A stretch of 64,000 bases of DNA from NCBI GenBank assembly GCA_964016885.1, contig OZ024741.1, positions 49,104,001-49,168,000 on the forward strand. Direction: 5' to 3'. The notes under the pieces are model-generated. The model had not been told where the DNA came from, searched no databases, and worked only from the letters and a program-made list of their open reading frames with translations. This document shows, one piece after another, positions 28,701 through 43,549 of this stretch. Position 1 is the stretch's first letter; the number at the start of each line of letters is the position of its first letter. Source of the DNA: Eledone cirrhosa. Its lineage: Eukaryota. A program made the position numbers and the translations under genes.

Positions 28701-31700
28701 GATCTATTACTGTGATAATATGGAGTTACACTACGAGTAGTAACTAGTCTATACTAGATCTCTTACTGTGATAATGGGGTGTTACAATACCAGTAGTAAC
28801 TAGTCTATAATAGATCTATTACTGTGATAATGTGGAGTTACTGTACCAGTAGTAACTAGTCTATACTAGATCTATTACTGCGATAACGTGGAGTTACTAT
28901 ACCAGTAGTAACTACTGTATACTAGATCTATTACTGTGATAATGGGGAGTTACTATACCAGTAGAAACTAGTCTATACTAGATCTATTACTGTGATAATG
29001 TGGAGTTACACTACCAGTAGTAACTAGGCTATACTAGATCTATTACTGTGTTAATGGGGAGTCACTATACCAGTAGAAACTAGTCTATACTAGATCTATT
29101 ACTGTGATAATGTGGAGTTACTATACCAGTAGAAACTAGTTTATACTAGATCTATTACTGTGATAATGTGGAGTTACACTACCAGTAGTAACTAGTCTAT
29201 ACTAGATCTATTACTGTGATAATGGGGAGTTACTATACCAGTAGAAACTAGTCTATACTAGATCTATTACTGTGATAATGTGGAGTTACACTACCAGTAG
29301 TAACTAGTCTATACTAGATCTATTACTGTGATAATGGGGAGTTACTATACCAGTAGAAACTAGTCTATACTAGATCTATTACTGTGATAATGTGGAGTTA
29401 CTCTACCAGTAGAAACTAGTTTATACTAGATCTATTACTGTGATAATGTGGAGTTACACTACCAGTAGTAACTAGTCTATACTAGATCTATTACTGTGAT
29501 AATGGGGAGTTACTATACCAGTAGAAACTAATCTATACTGGATCTATTACTGTGATAATGTGGAGTTACTATACCAGTAGTAACTAGTCTATACTAGATC
29601 TATTACTGTGATAAAGGGGAGTTACTATACCAGTAGTAACTAGTCTATACTAGATCTATTACTGCGATAATGTGGAGTTACTATACCAGTAGAAACTAGT
29701 CTATACTAGATCTATTACTGCGATAATATGTAGTTACTATACCAGTAGTAACTAGTCTATACTAGATCTATTACTGTGATAATGTGGAGTTACTATACCA
29801 GTAGAAACTAGTTTATACTAGATCTGTTACTGTGATAATGTGGAGTTACTATACCAGTAGTAACTAGTCTAAACTAGATCTATTACTGTGATAATGTCGA
29901 GTTACTATACCAGTAGAAACTAGTCTATACTAGATCTATTACTGTGATAATGTGGAGTTACACTACCAGTAGTAACTAGTCTATACTAGATCTATTACTG
30001 TGATAATGGGGAGTTACTATACCAGTAGAAACTAGTCTATACTAGATCTATTACTTTGATAATGTGGAGTTACTATACCAGTAGAAACTAGTTTATACTA
30101 GATCTATTACTGTGATAATGTGGAGTTACACTACCAGTAGTAACTAGTCTATACTAGATCTATTACTGTGATAATGGGGAGTTACTATACCAGTAGAAAC
30201 TAATCTATACTGGATCTATTACTGTGATAATGTGGAGTTACTATACCAGTAGTAACTAGTCTATACTAGATCTATTACTGTGATAAAGGGGAGTTACTAT
30301 ACCAGTAGTAACTAGTCTATACTAGATCTATTACTGCGATAATGTGGAGTTACTATACCAGTAGAAACTAGTCTATACTAGATCTATTACTGCGATAATA
30401 TGGAGTTACTATACCAGTAGTAACTAGTCTATACTAGATCTATTACTGTGATAATGTGGAGTTACTATACCAGTAGAAACTAGTTTTAACTAGATCTGTT
30501 ACTGTGATAATGTGGAGTTACTATACCAGTAGTAACTAGTCTAAACTAGATCTATTACTGTGATAATGTCGAGTTACTATACCAGTAGAAACTAGTCTAT
30601 ACTAGATCTATTACTGTGATAATGTGGAGTTACTATACCAGTAGTAACTAGTCTATACTAGATCTATTACTGTGATAATGTGGAGTTACTGTACCAGTAG
30701 TAACTCGTCCATACTAGATATATTACTGTGATAATGGGGTGTTACTATACCAGTAGTAACTAGTCTATACTAGATTTATTACAGTGATAATGTGGAGTTA
30801 CTGTACCAGTAGTAACTAGTCTATACTAGATCTATTACTGTGATAATGAGGAGTTACTATACCAGTAGTAACTAGTCTATACTAGATCTATTACTGTGAT
30901 AATGAAGAGTTACTATACCAGTAGTAACTAGTCTATACTAGATCTATTACTGTGATAATGTGGAGTCACTATACCAGTAGTAACTAGTCTATACTAGATC
31001 TATTACTGTGATAATGAAGAGTTACTATACCAGTAGTAACTAGTCTATACTAGATCTATTACTGTGATAATGTGGAGTTACTATACCAGTAGTAACTAGT
31101 CTATACTAGATCTATTACTGTGATAATGTGGAGTTACTGTACCAATAGTAACTAGTCTATACTAGATCTATTACTGTGATAATGGGGAGTTACTATACCA
31201 GTAGTAACTAGTCTATACTAGATCTATTACTGTGATAATGTGGAGTTACTATACCAGTAGTAACTAGTCTATTCTAGATCTATTACTGTGATAATGGGGT
31301 GTTACTATACCAGTAGTAACTAGTCTATACTGGATCTATTACTGTGTTAATGGGGAGTTACTATACCAGTAGTAACTAGTCTATACTAGATCTATTACTG
31401 TGAGAATGGGGTGTTACTATACCAGTAGTAACTAGTCTATACTAGATCTATTACTGTGATAATGGGGAGTTACTATACCAGTAGAAACTAGTCTATAATA
31501 GATCTATTACCATCATAATGGGGAGTTATTATACGAGTAGTAACTAGTCTATACTAGACCTATTACTGTGATAATATGGAGTTAGACTACCATTAGTAAC
31601 TAGTCTATACTAGATCTATTACTGTGATAACGTGGAGTTACTATACCAGTAGAAACTAGTGTATACTAGATCTATTACTGTGATAGTGGGGAGTTACTAC

Positions 31701-34700
31701 ACCAGTAGAAACTAGTCTATAATAGATCTATTACTGTGATAGTGGGGAGTTATTATACCAGTAGTAACTAGTCTATACTAGATCTATTACTGTGATAATG
31801 GGGAGTTACTATACCATTAGAAACTAGTCTATACTAGATCTATTACTGTGATAATGTGGATTTACACTACCAGTAGTAACTAGTCTATACTAGATCTATT
31901 ACTGTGATAATGGGGAGTTACTATACCAGTAGAAACTAGTCTATACTAGATCTATTACTGTGATAATGTGGAGTTACTATACCAGTAGAAACTAGTTTAT
32001 ACTAGATCTATTACTGTGATAATGTGGAGTTACACTACCAGTAGTAACTAGTCTATACTAGATCTATTACTGTGATAATGGGGAGTTACTATACCTGTAG
32101 AAACTAATCTATACTGGATCTATTACTGTAATAATGTGGAGTTACTATACCAGTAGTAACTAGTCTATACTAGATCTATTACTGTGATAAAGGGGAGTTA
32201 CTATACCAGTAGTAACTAGTCTATACTAGATCTATTACTGCGATAATGTGGAGTTACTATACCAGTAGAAACTAGTCTATACTAGATCTATTACTGCGAT
32301 AATATGGAGTTACTATACCAGTAGTAACTAGTCTATACTAGATCTATTACTGTGATAATGTGGAGTTACTATACCAGTAGAAACTAGTTTATACTAGATC
32401 TGTTACTGTGATAATGTGGAGTTACTATACCAGTAGTAACTAGTCTAAACTAGATCTATTACTGTGATAATGTCGAGTTACTATACCAGTAGAAACTAGT
32501 CTATACTAGATCTATTACTGTGATAATGTGGAGTTACTATACCAGTAGTAACTAGTCTATACTAGGTCTATTACTGTGATAATGTGGAGTTACTGTACCA
32601 GTAGTAACTCGTCCATACTAGATATATTACTGTGATAATGGGGTGTTACTATACCAGTAGTAACTAGTCTATACTAGATTTATTACTGTGATAATGTGGA
32701 GTTACTGTACCAGTAGTAACTAGTCTATACTAGATCTATTACTGTGATAATGTGGAGTTACTGTACCAGTAGTAACTAGTCTATACTAGATCTATTACTG
32801 TGATAATGTGGAGTTACTGTACCAGTAGTAACTAGTCTATACTAGATCTATTACTGTGATAATGTGGAGTTACTATACGAGTAGTAACTAGTCTATACTA
32901 GATCTATTACTGTGATAAGGTGGAGTTACTGTACCAGTAGTAACTAGTCTATACTAGATCTATTACCGTGCGAATGGGGAGTTACTATACCAGTAGTAAC
33001 TAGTCTATACTAGATCTATTACTGTGATAATATGGAGTTACACTACCAGTAGTAACTAGTCTATACTAGATCTCTTACTGTGATAATGGGGTGTTACAAT
33101 ACCAGTAGTAACTAGTCTATAATAGATCTATTACTGTGATAATGTGGAGTTACTGTACCAGTAGTAACTAGTCTATACTAGATCTATTACTGCGATAACG
33201 TGGAGTTACTATACCAGTAGTAACTACTGTATACTAGATCTATTACTGTGATAATGGGGAGTTACTATACCAGTAGAAACTAGTCTATACTAGATCTATT
33301 ACTGTGATAATGTGGAGTTACACTACCAGTAGTAACTAGGCTATACTAGATCTATTACTGTGTTAATGGGGAGTCACTATACCAGTAGAAACTAGTCTAT
33401 ACTAGATCTATTACTGTGATAATGTGGAGTTACACTACCAGTAGTAACTAGTCTATACTAGATCTATTACTGTGATAATGGAGAGTTACTATACCAGTAG
33501 AAACTAGTCTATACTAGATCTATTACTGTGATAATGTGGAGTTACTATACCAGTAGAAACTAGTTTATACTACATCTATTACTGTGATAATGTGGAGTTA
33601 CACTACCAGTAGTAACAAGTCTATACTAGATCTATTACTGTGATAATGGGGAGTTACTCTACCAGTAGTAACTAGTCTATAATAGATCTATTACTGTGAT
33701 AATGGGGTGTTACTATACCAGTAGTAACTAGTCTATACTAGATCTATTACTGTGATAATGTGGAATTACTATACCAGTAGTAACTAGTTTATACTAGATC
33801 TATTACTGTGATAATGTGGAGTTACTATACCAGTAGAAACTAGTCTATACTAGATCTATTACTGTGATAATGGGGAGTTACTATACCAGTAGTAACTAGT
33901 CTAAACTAGATCTATTACTGTGATAATGTCGAGTTACTGTACCAGTAGTAACTAGTCTATACTAGATCTATTACTGTGATAATGTGGAGTTACTATACCA
34001 GTAGTAACTAGTCTATACTAGATCTATTACTGTGATAATGTGGAGCTACTGTACCAGTAGTAACTAGTCTATACTAGATCTATTACTGTGATAATGTGGA
34101 GTTACTATACCAGTAGAAACTAGTCTATACTGGATCTACTTCTGTGATACTGTGGAGTTACTGTACCAGTAGTAACTAGTCTATACTAGATTTACAACTG
34201 GGATAATGTTGAGTTACTATACCAGTAGTAACTAGTCTATTCTAGATCTATTACTGTGATAATGGGGAGTTACTATACCAGTAGAAACTAGTCTATAATA
34301 GATCTATTACTGTGATAACATGGAGTTACACTACCAGTAGTAACTAGTCTAAACTAGATCTATTACTGTGATAATGTGGAGTTACTATACCAGTAGTAAC
34401 TAGTCTATACTAGATCTATTACCGTGATAACATGGAGTTACACTACCAGTAGTAACTAGTCTATTCTAGATCTATTACAGTGATAATGAAGAGTTACAAT
34501 ACCAGTAGTAACTAGTCTATACTAGATCTATTACTGTGATAATGTGGAGTTACTATACCAGTAGTAACTAGTCTATACTAGATCTATTACTGTGATAATG
34601 TGGAGTTACTGTACCAGTAGTAACTAGTCTATACTAGATCTATTACTGTGATAATGGGGAGTTACTATACCAGTAGAAACTAGTCTATACTAGATCTATT

Positions 34701-37700
34701 ACTGTGATAATGGGGAGTTACTATACCAGTAGTAACTAGTCTATACTGGATCTATTACTGTGATAATGGGGAGTTACTATACCAGTAGTAACTAGTCTAT
34801 ACTAGATCTATTACTGTGATAATGTGGAGTTACTATACCAGTAGTAACTAGTCTATACTAGATCTATTACTGTGATAATGGGGAGTTACTATACCAGTAG
34901 AAACTAATCTATAATAGATCTATTACTGTGATAATGGGGAGTTACTATACCAGTAGTAACTAGTCTATACTAGATATATTACTGTGATAATGGGGAGTTA
35001 CTATACCAGTAGAAACTAGTCTATACTAGATCTCTTACTGTGATAATGTGGAGTTACACTACCAGTAGTAACTAGTCTATACTAGATCTATTACTGTGAT
35101 AATGAAGAGTTACTATACCAGTAGTAACTAGTCTATACTAGATCTATTACTGTGATAATGTGGAGTTACTATACCAGTAGTAACTAGTCTATACTAGATC
35201 TATTACTGTGATAATGAAGAGTTACTATACCAGTAGTAACTAGTCTATACTAGATCTATTACTGTGATAATGGGGAGTCACTATACCAGTAGTAACTAGT
35301 CTATACTTGATCTATTACTGTGATAATGTGGAGTTACTGTACCAGTAGTAACTAGTCTATACTAGATCTATTACTGTGATAATGGGGAGTTACTATACCA
35401 GTAGTAACTAGTCTATACTAGATCTATTACTGTGATAATGGGGAGTTACTATACCAGTAGTAACTAGTCTATAATAGATCTATTACTGTGATAATGGGGA
35501 GTTACTATACCAGTAGAAACTAGTCTATACTAGATCTATTACTGTGATAATGTGGAGTTACACTACCAGTAGTAACTAGGCTATACTAGATCTATTACTG
35601 TGTTAATGGGGAGTTACTATACCAGTAGAAACTAGTCTATACTAGATCTATTACTGTGATAATGTGGAGTTACAATACCAGTAGAAACTAGTTTATACTA
35701 GATCTATTACTGTGATAATGTGGAGTTACACTACCAGTAGTAACTAGTCTATACTAGATCTATTACTGTGATAATGGGGAGTTACTATACCAGTAGAAAC
35801 TAGTCTATACTAGATCTATTACTGTGATAATGTGGAGTTACTATACCAGTAGAAACTAGTTTATACTACATCTATTACTGTGATAATGTGGAGTTACACT
35901 ACCAGTAGTAACAAGTCTATACTAGATCTATTACTGTGATAATGGGGAGTTACTATACCAGTAGTAACTAGTCTATAATAGATCTATTACTGTGATAATG
36001 GGGTGTTACTATACCAGTAGTAACTAGTCTATACTAGATCTATTACTGTGATAATGTGGAGTTACTATACCAGTAGTAACTAGTTTATACTAGGTCTATT
36101 ACTGTGATAATGTGGAGTTACTATACCAGTAGAAACTAGTCTATACTAGAACTATTACTGTGATAATGGGGAGTTACTATACCAGTAGTAACTAGTCTAA
36201 ACTAGATCTATTACTGTGATAATGTGGAGCTACTGTACCAGTAGTAACTAGTCTATACTAGATCTATTACTGTGATAATGTGGAGTTACTATACCAGTAG
36301 AAACTAGTCTATACTAGATCTATTACTGTTATAATGGGGAGTTACTATACCAGTAGAAACTAGTCTATACTAGATCTATTGCTGTGATAATGTGGAGTTA
36401 CTATACCAGTAGAAACTAGTTTATACTAGACCTATTACTGTGATAATGTGGAGTTACTATACCAGTAGAAACTAGTCTATACTAGATCTATTACTGTGAT
36501 AATGTAGAGTTACTATACCAGTAGTAACTAGTCTATACTAGATCTATTACTGTGATAATGTGGAGCTACTGTACCAGTAGTAACTAGTCTATACTAGATC
36601 TATTACTGTGATAATGTGGAGTTACTATACCAGTAGAAACTAGTCTATACTGGATCTACTTCTGTGATACTGTGGAGTTACTGTACCAGTAGTAACTAGT
36701 CTATACTAGATTTACAACTGGGATAATGTGGAGTTACTATACTAGTAGTAACTAGTCTATTCTAGATCTATTACTGTGATAATGGGGAGTTACTATACCA
36801 GTAGAAACTAGTCTATAATAGATCTATTACTGTGATAACATGGAGTTACACTACCAGTAGTAACTAGTCTAAACTAGATCTATTACTGTGATAATGTGGA
36901 GTTACTATACCAGTAGTAACTAGTCTATACTAGATCTATTACTGTGATAACATGGAGTTACACTACCAGTAGTAACTAGTCTATTCTAGATCTATTACAG
37001 TGATAATGAAGAGTTACAATACCAGTAGTAACTAGTCTATACTAGATCTATTACTGTGATAATGTGGAGTTACTATACCAGTAGTAACTAGTCTATACTA
37101 GATCTATTACTGTGATAATGGGGTGTTACTATACCAGTAGTAACTAGTCTATACTAGATCTATTACTGTGATAATGGGGAGTTACTATACCAGTAGTAAC
37201 TAGTCTATACTAGATCTATTACTGTGATAATGGGGCGTTACTATACCAGTAGTAACTAGTCTATACTAGATCTATTACTGTGATAATGAAGAGTTACTAT
37301 ACCAGTAGTAACTAGTCTATACTAGATCTATTACTGTGATAATGTGGAGTTACTATACCAGTAGGAACTAGTCTATACTAGATCTATTACTGGGATAATG
37401 AAGAGTTACTATACCAGTAGTAACTAGTCTATACTAGATCTATTACTGTGATAATGTGGAGTTACTCTACCAGTAGTAACTAGTCTATACTAGATCTATT
37501 ACTGTGATAATGTGGAGTTACTGTACCAGTAGTAACTAGTCTATACTAGATCTATTACTGTGATAATGTGGAGTTACTATACCATTAGAAACTAGTTTAT
37601 ACTAGATCTATTACTGCGATAATGTGGAGTTACTGTACCAGTAGTAACTAGTCTATACTAGATCTATTACTGTGATAATGTGGAGTTACTGTACCAGTAG

Positions 37701-40700
37701 TAACTAGTCTATACTAGATTTACAACTGTGATAATGTGGAGTTACACTACCAGTAGTAACTAGGCTATTCTAGATCTATTACTGTGATAATGGGGAGTTA
37801 CTATACCAGTAGAAACTAGTCTATAATAGATCTATTACTGTGATAACATGGAGTTACACTACCAGTAGTAACTAGTCTAAACTAGATCTATTACTGTGAT
37901 AATGTGGAGTTACTATACCAGTAGTAACTAGTCTATACTAGATCTATTACTGTGATAACATGGAGTTACACTACCAGTAGTAACTAGTCTATTCTAGATC
38001 TATTACAGTGATAATGAAGAGTTACAATACCAGTAGTAACTAGTCTATACTAGATCTATTACTGTGATAATGTGGAGTTACTATACCAGTAGTAACTAGT
38101 CTATACTAGATCTATTACTGTGATAATGTGGAGTTACTGTACCAGTAGTAACTAGTCTATACTAGATCTATTACTGTGATAATGGGGAGTTACTATACCA
38201 GTAGTAACTAGTCTATACTAGATATATTACTGTGATAATGGGGAGTTACTATACCAGTAGAAACTAGTCTATACTAGATCTCTTACTGTGATAATGTGGA
38301 GTTACACTAACAGTAGTAACTAGTCTATACTAGATCTATTACTGTGATAATGAAGAGTTACTATACCAGTAGTAACTAGTCTATACTAGATCTATTACTG
38401 TGATAATGTGGAGTTACAATACCAGTAGTAACTAGTCTATACTAGATCTATTACTGTGATAATGAAGAGTTACTATACCAGTAGTAACTAGTCTATTACT
38501 AGATCTATTACTGTGATAATGTGGAGCTACTATACCAGTAGTAACTAGTCTATACTAGATCTATTACTGTGATAATGTGGAGTTACTGTACCAGTAGTAA
38601 CTAGTCTATACTAGATCTATTACTGTGATAATGGGGAGTTACTATACCAGTAGTAACTAGTCTATACTAGATCTATTACTGTGATAATGGGGAGTTACTA
38701 TACCAGTAGTAACTAGTCTATAATAGATCTATTACTGTGATAATGTGGAGTTACTATACCAGTAGTAACTAGTCTATACTAGATCTATTACTGTGATAAT
38801 GTGGAGTTACTATACCAGTAGTAACTAGTCTATACTAGATCTATTACTGTGATAATGGGGTGTTACTATACCAGTAGTAACTAGTCTATACTAGATCTAT
38901 TCCTGTGATAATGGGGAGTTACTATACCAGTAGTAACTAGTCTATACTAGATCTATTATTGTGATAATGGGGCGTTACTATACCAGTAGTAACTAGTCTA
39001 TACTAGATCTATTACTGTGATAATGGGGAGTTACTATACCAGTAGAAACTAGTCTATACTAGATCTCTTACTGTGATAATGTGGAGTTACACTACCAGTA
39101 GTAACTAGTCTATACTAGATCTATTACTGTGATAATGAAGAGTTACTATACCAGTAGTAACTAGTCTATACTAGATCTATTACTGTGATAATGTGGAGTT
39201 ACTATACCAGTAGTAACTAGTCTATACTAGATCTATTACTGTGATAATGAAGAGTTACTATACCAGTAGTAACTAGTCTATACTAGATCTATTACTGTGA
39301 TTATGTGGACTTACTCTACCAGTAGTAACTAGTCTATACTAGATCTATTACAGTGATAATGTGGAGTTACTGTACCAGTAGTAACTAGTCTATACTAGAT
39401 CTATTACTGTGATAATGGGGAATTACTATACCAGTAATAACTAGTCTATACTAGATCTATTACTGTGATAATGTGGAGTTACTAAATCAGTAGTAACTAG
39501 TCTATACTAGATCTATTACTGTGATAATGGGGTGTTACTATACCAGTAGTAACTCGTCTATACTGGATCTATTACTGTGATAATGGGGAGTTACTATACC
39601 AGTAGTAACTAGTCTATACTAGATCTATTACTGTGATAATGGGGAGTTACTATACCAGTAGAAACTAGTCTATATTAGATCTATTACTGTGATAATGGGG
39701 AGTTACTATACCAGTAGAAACTAGTCTATACTAGATCTATTACTGTGATAATGGGGAGTTACTATACCAGTAGAAACTAGTCTATACTAGATCTATTACT
39801 GTGATAATATGGAGTTACACTACCATTAGTAACTAGTCTATACTAGATCTATTACTGTGATAATGTGGAGTTACTATACCAGTAGAAACTAGTCTATACT
39901 AGATCTATTAATGTGATAATGGGGAGTTACTATACCAGTAGAAACTAGTCTATAATAGATCTATTACTGTGATAATGGGGAGTTACTATACCAGTAGTAA
40001 CTAGTCTATACTAGATATATTACTGTGATAATGGGGAGTTACTATACCAGTACTAACTAGTCTATACTAGATCTATTACTGTGATAATGAAGTGTTACTA
40101 TACCAGTAGTAACTAGTCTATACTAGATCTATTACTGTGATAATGAAGAGTTACTATACCAGTAGTAACTAGTCTATACTAGATCTATTACTGTGATAAT
40201 GAAGAGTTACTATACCAGTAGTAACTAGTCTATACTAGATCTATTACTGTGATAATGTGGAGTTACTGTACCAGTAGTAACTAGTCTATACTAGATCTAT
40301 TACTGTGATAATGTGGAGTTACTATACCATTAGAAACTAGTTTATACTAGATCTATTACTGCGATAATGTGGAGTTACTGTACCAGTAGTAACTAGTCTA
40401 TACTAGATCTATTACTGTGATAATGTGGAGTTACTGTACCAGTAGTAACTAGTCTATACTAGATCTATTACTGTGATAATGTGGAGTTACTATACCAGTA
40501 GAAACTAGTCTATAATAGATCTATTACTGTGATAATGTGGAGTTACTATACCAGTAGAACCTAGTTTATACTACATCTATTACTGTGATAATGTGGAGTT
40601 ACACTACCAGTAGTAACAAGTCTATACTAGATCTATTACTGTGATAATGGGGAGTTACTATACCAGTAGTAACTAGTCTATAATAGATCTATTACTGTGA

Positions 40701-43549
40701 TAATGGGGTGTTACTATACCAGTAGTAATTGTCTATACTAGATCTATTACTGTGATAATGTGGAGTTACTATACCAGTAGTAACTAGTCTATACTAGATC
40801 TATTGCTGTGATAATGTGGAGTTACTATACCAGTAGAAACTAGTTTATACTAGATCTATTACTGTGATAATGTGGAGTTACTATACCAGTAGAAACTAGT
40901 CTATACTAGATCTATTACTGTGATAATGAAGAGTTACTATACCAGTAGTAACTAGTCTATACTAGATCTATTACTGTGATAATGTGGCGCTACTGTACCA
41001 GTAGTAACTAGTCTATACTAGATCTATTACTGTGCTAATGTGGAGTTACTATACCAGTAGAAACTAGTCTATACTGGATCTACTTCTGTGATACTGTGGA
41101 GTTACTGTACCAGTAGTAACTAGTCTATACTAGATTTACAACTGGGATAATGTGGAGTTACTATACCAGTAGTAACGAGTCTATTCTAGATCTATTACTG
41201 TGATAATGGGGAGTTACTATACCAGTAGAAACTAGTCTATAATAGATCTATTACTGTGATAACATGGAGTTACACTACCAGTAGTAACTAGTCTAAACTA
41301 GATCTATTACTGTGATAATGTGGAGTTACTATACCAGTAGTAACTAGTCTATACTAGATCTATTACTGTGATAACATGGAGTTACACTACCAGTAGTAAC
41401 TAGTCTATTCTAGATCTATTACAGTGATAATGAAGAGTTACAATACCAGTAGTAACTAGTCTATACTAGATCTATTACTGTGATAATGTGGAGTTACTAT
41501 ACCAGTAGTAACTAGTCTATACTAGATCTATTACTGTGATAATGTGGAGTTACTGTACCAGTAGTAACTAGTCTATACTAGATCTATTACTGTGATAATG
41601 GGGAGTTACTATACCAGTAGTAACTAGTCTATACTAGATATATTACTGTGATAATGGGGAGTTACTATACCAGTAGAAACTAGTCTATACTAGATCTCTT
41701 ACTGTGATAATGTGGAGTTACACTAACAGTAGTAACTAGTCTATACTAGATCTATTACTGTGATAATGAAGAGTTACTATACCAGTAGTAACTAGTCTAT
41801 ACTAGATCTATTACTGTGATAATGTGGAGTTACAATACCAGTAGTAACTAGTCTATACTAGATCTATTACTGTGATAATGAAGAGTTACTATACCAGTAG
41901 TAACTAGTCTATACTAGATCTATTACTGTGATAATGTGGAGCTACTATACCAGTAGTAACTAGTCTATACTAGATCTATTACTGTGATAATGTGGAGTTA
42001 CTGTACCAGTAGTAACTAGTCTATACTAGATCTATTACTGTGATAATGGGGAGTTACTATACCAGTAGTAACTAGTCTATACTAGATCTATTACTGTGAT
42101 AATGGGGAGTTACTATACCAGTAGTAACTAGTCTTTACTAGATCTATTACTGTGATAATGGGGAGTTACTATACCAGTAGTAACTAGTCTATACTAGATC
42201 TATTATTGTGATAATGGGGCGTTACTATACCAGTAGTAACTAGTCTATACTAGATCTATTACTGTGATAATGGGGAGTTACTATACCAGTAGAAACTAGT
42301 CTATACTAGATCTCTTACTGTGATAATGTGGAGTTACACTACCAGTAGTAACTAGTCTATACTAGATCTATTACTGTGATAATGAAGAGTTACTATACCA
42401 GTAGTAACTAGTCTATACTAGATCTATTACTGTGATAATGTGGAGTTACTATACCAGTAGTAACTAGTCTATACTAGATCTATTACTGTGATAATGTAGA
42501 GTTACTATACCAGTAGTAACTAGTCTATACTAGATCTATTACTGTGATTATGTGGACTTACTCTACCAGTAGTAACTAGTCTATACTAGATCTATTACAG
42601 TGATAATGTGGAGTTACTGTACCAGTAGTAACTAGTCTATACTAGATCTATTACTGTGATAATGGGGAATTACTATACCAGTAATAACTAGTCTATATTA
42701 GATCTATTACTGTGATAATGTGGAGTTACTAAATCAGTAGTAACTAGTCTATACTAGATCTATTACTGTGATAATGGGGTGTTACTATACCAGTAGTAAC
42801 TCGTCTATACTGGATCTATTACTGTGATAATGGGGAGTTACTATACCAGTAGTAACTAGTCTATACTAGATCTATTACTGTGATAATGGGGAGTTACTAT
42901 ACCAGTAGAAACTAGTCTATATTAGATCTATTACTGTGATAATGGGGAGTTACTATACCAGTAGAAACTAGTCTATACTAGATCTATTACTGTGATAATG
43001 GGGAGTTACTATACCAGTAGAAACTAGTCTATACTAGATCTATTACTGTGATAATGAAGAGTTACTATACCAGTAGTAACTAGTCTATACTAGATCTATT
43101 ACTGTGATAATGTGGCGCTACTGTACCAGTAGTAACTAGTCTATACTAGATCTATTACTGTGCTAATGTGGAGTTACTATACCAGTAGAAACTAGTCTAT
43201 ACTGGATCTACTTCTGTGATACTGTGGAGTTACTGTACCAGTAGTAACTAGTCTATACTAGATTTACAACTGGGATAATGTGGAGTTACTATACCAGTAG
43301 TAACTAGTCTATACTAGATCTATTACTGTGATAACATGGAGTTACACTACCAGTAGTAACTAGTCTATTCTAGATCTATTACAGTGATAATGAAGAGTTA
43401 CAATACCAGTAGTAACTAGTCTATACTAGATCTATTACTGTGATAATGTGGAGTTACTATACCAGTAGTAACTAGTCTATACTAGATCTATTACTGTGAT
43501 AATGTGGAGTTACTGTACCAGTAGTAACTAGTCTATACTAGATCTATTA

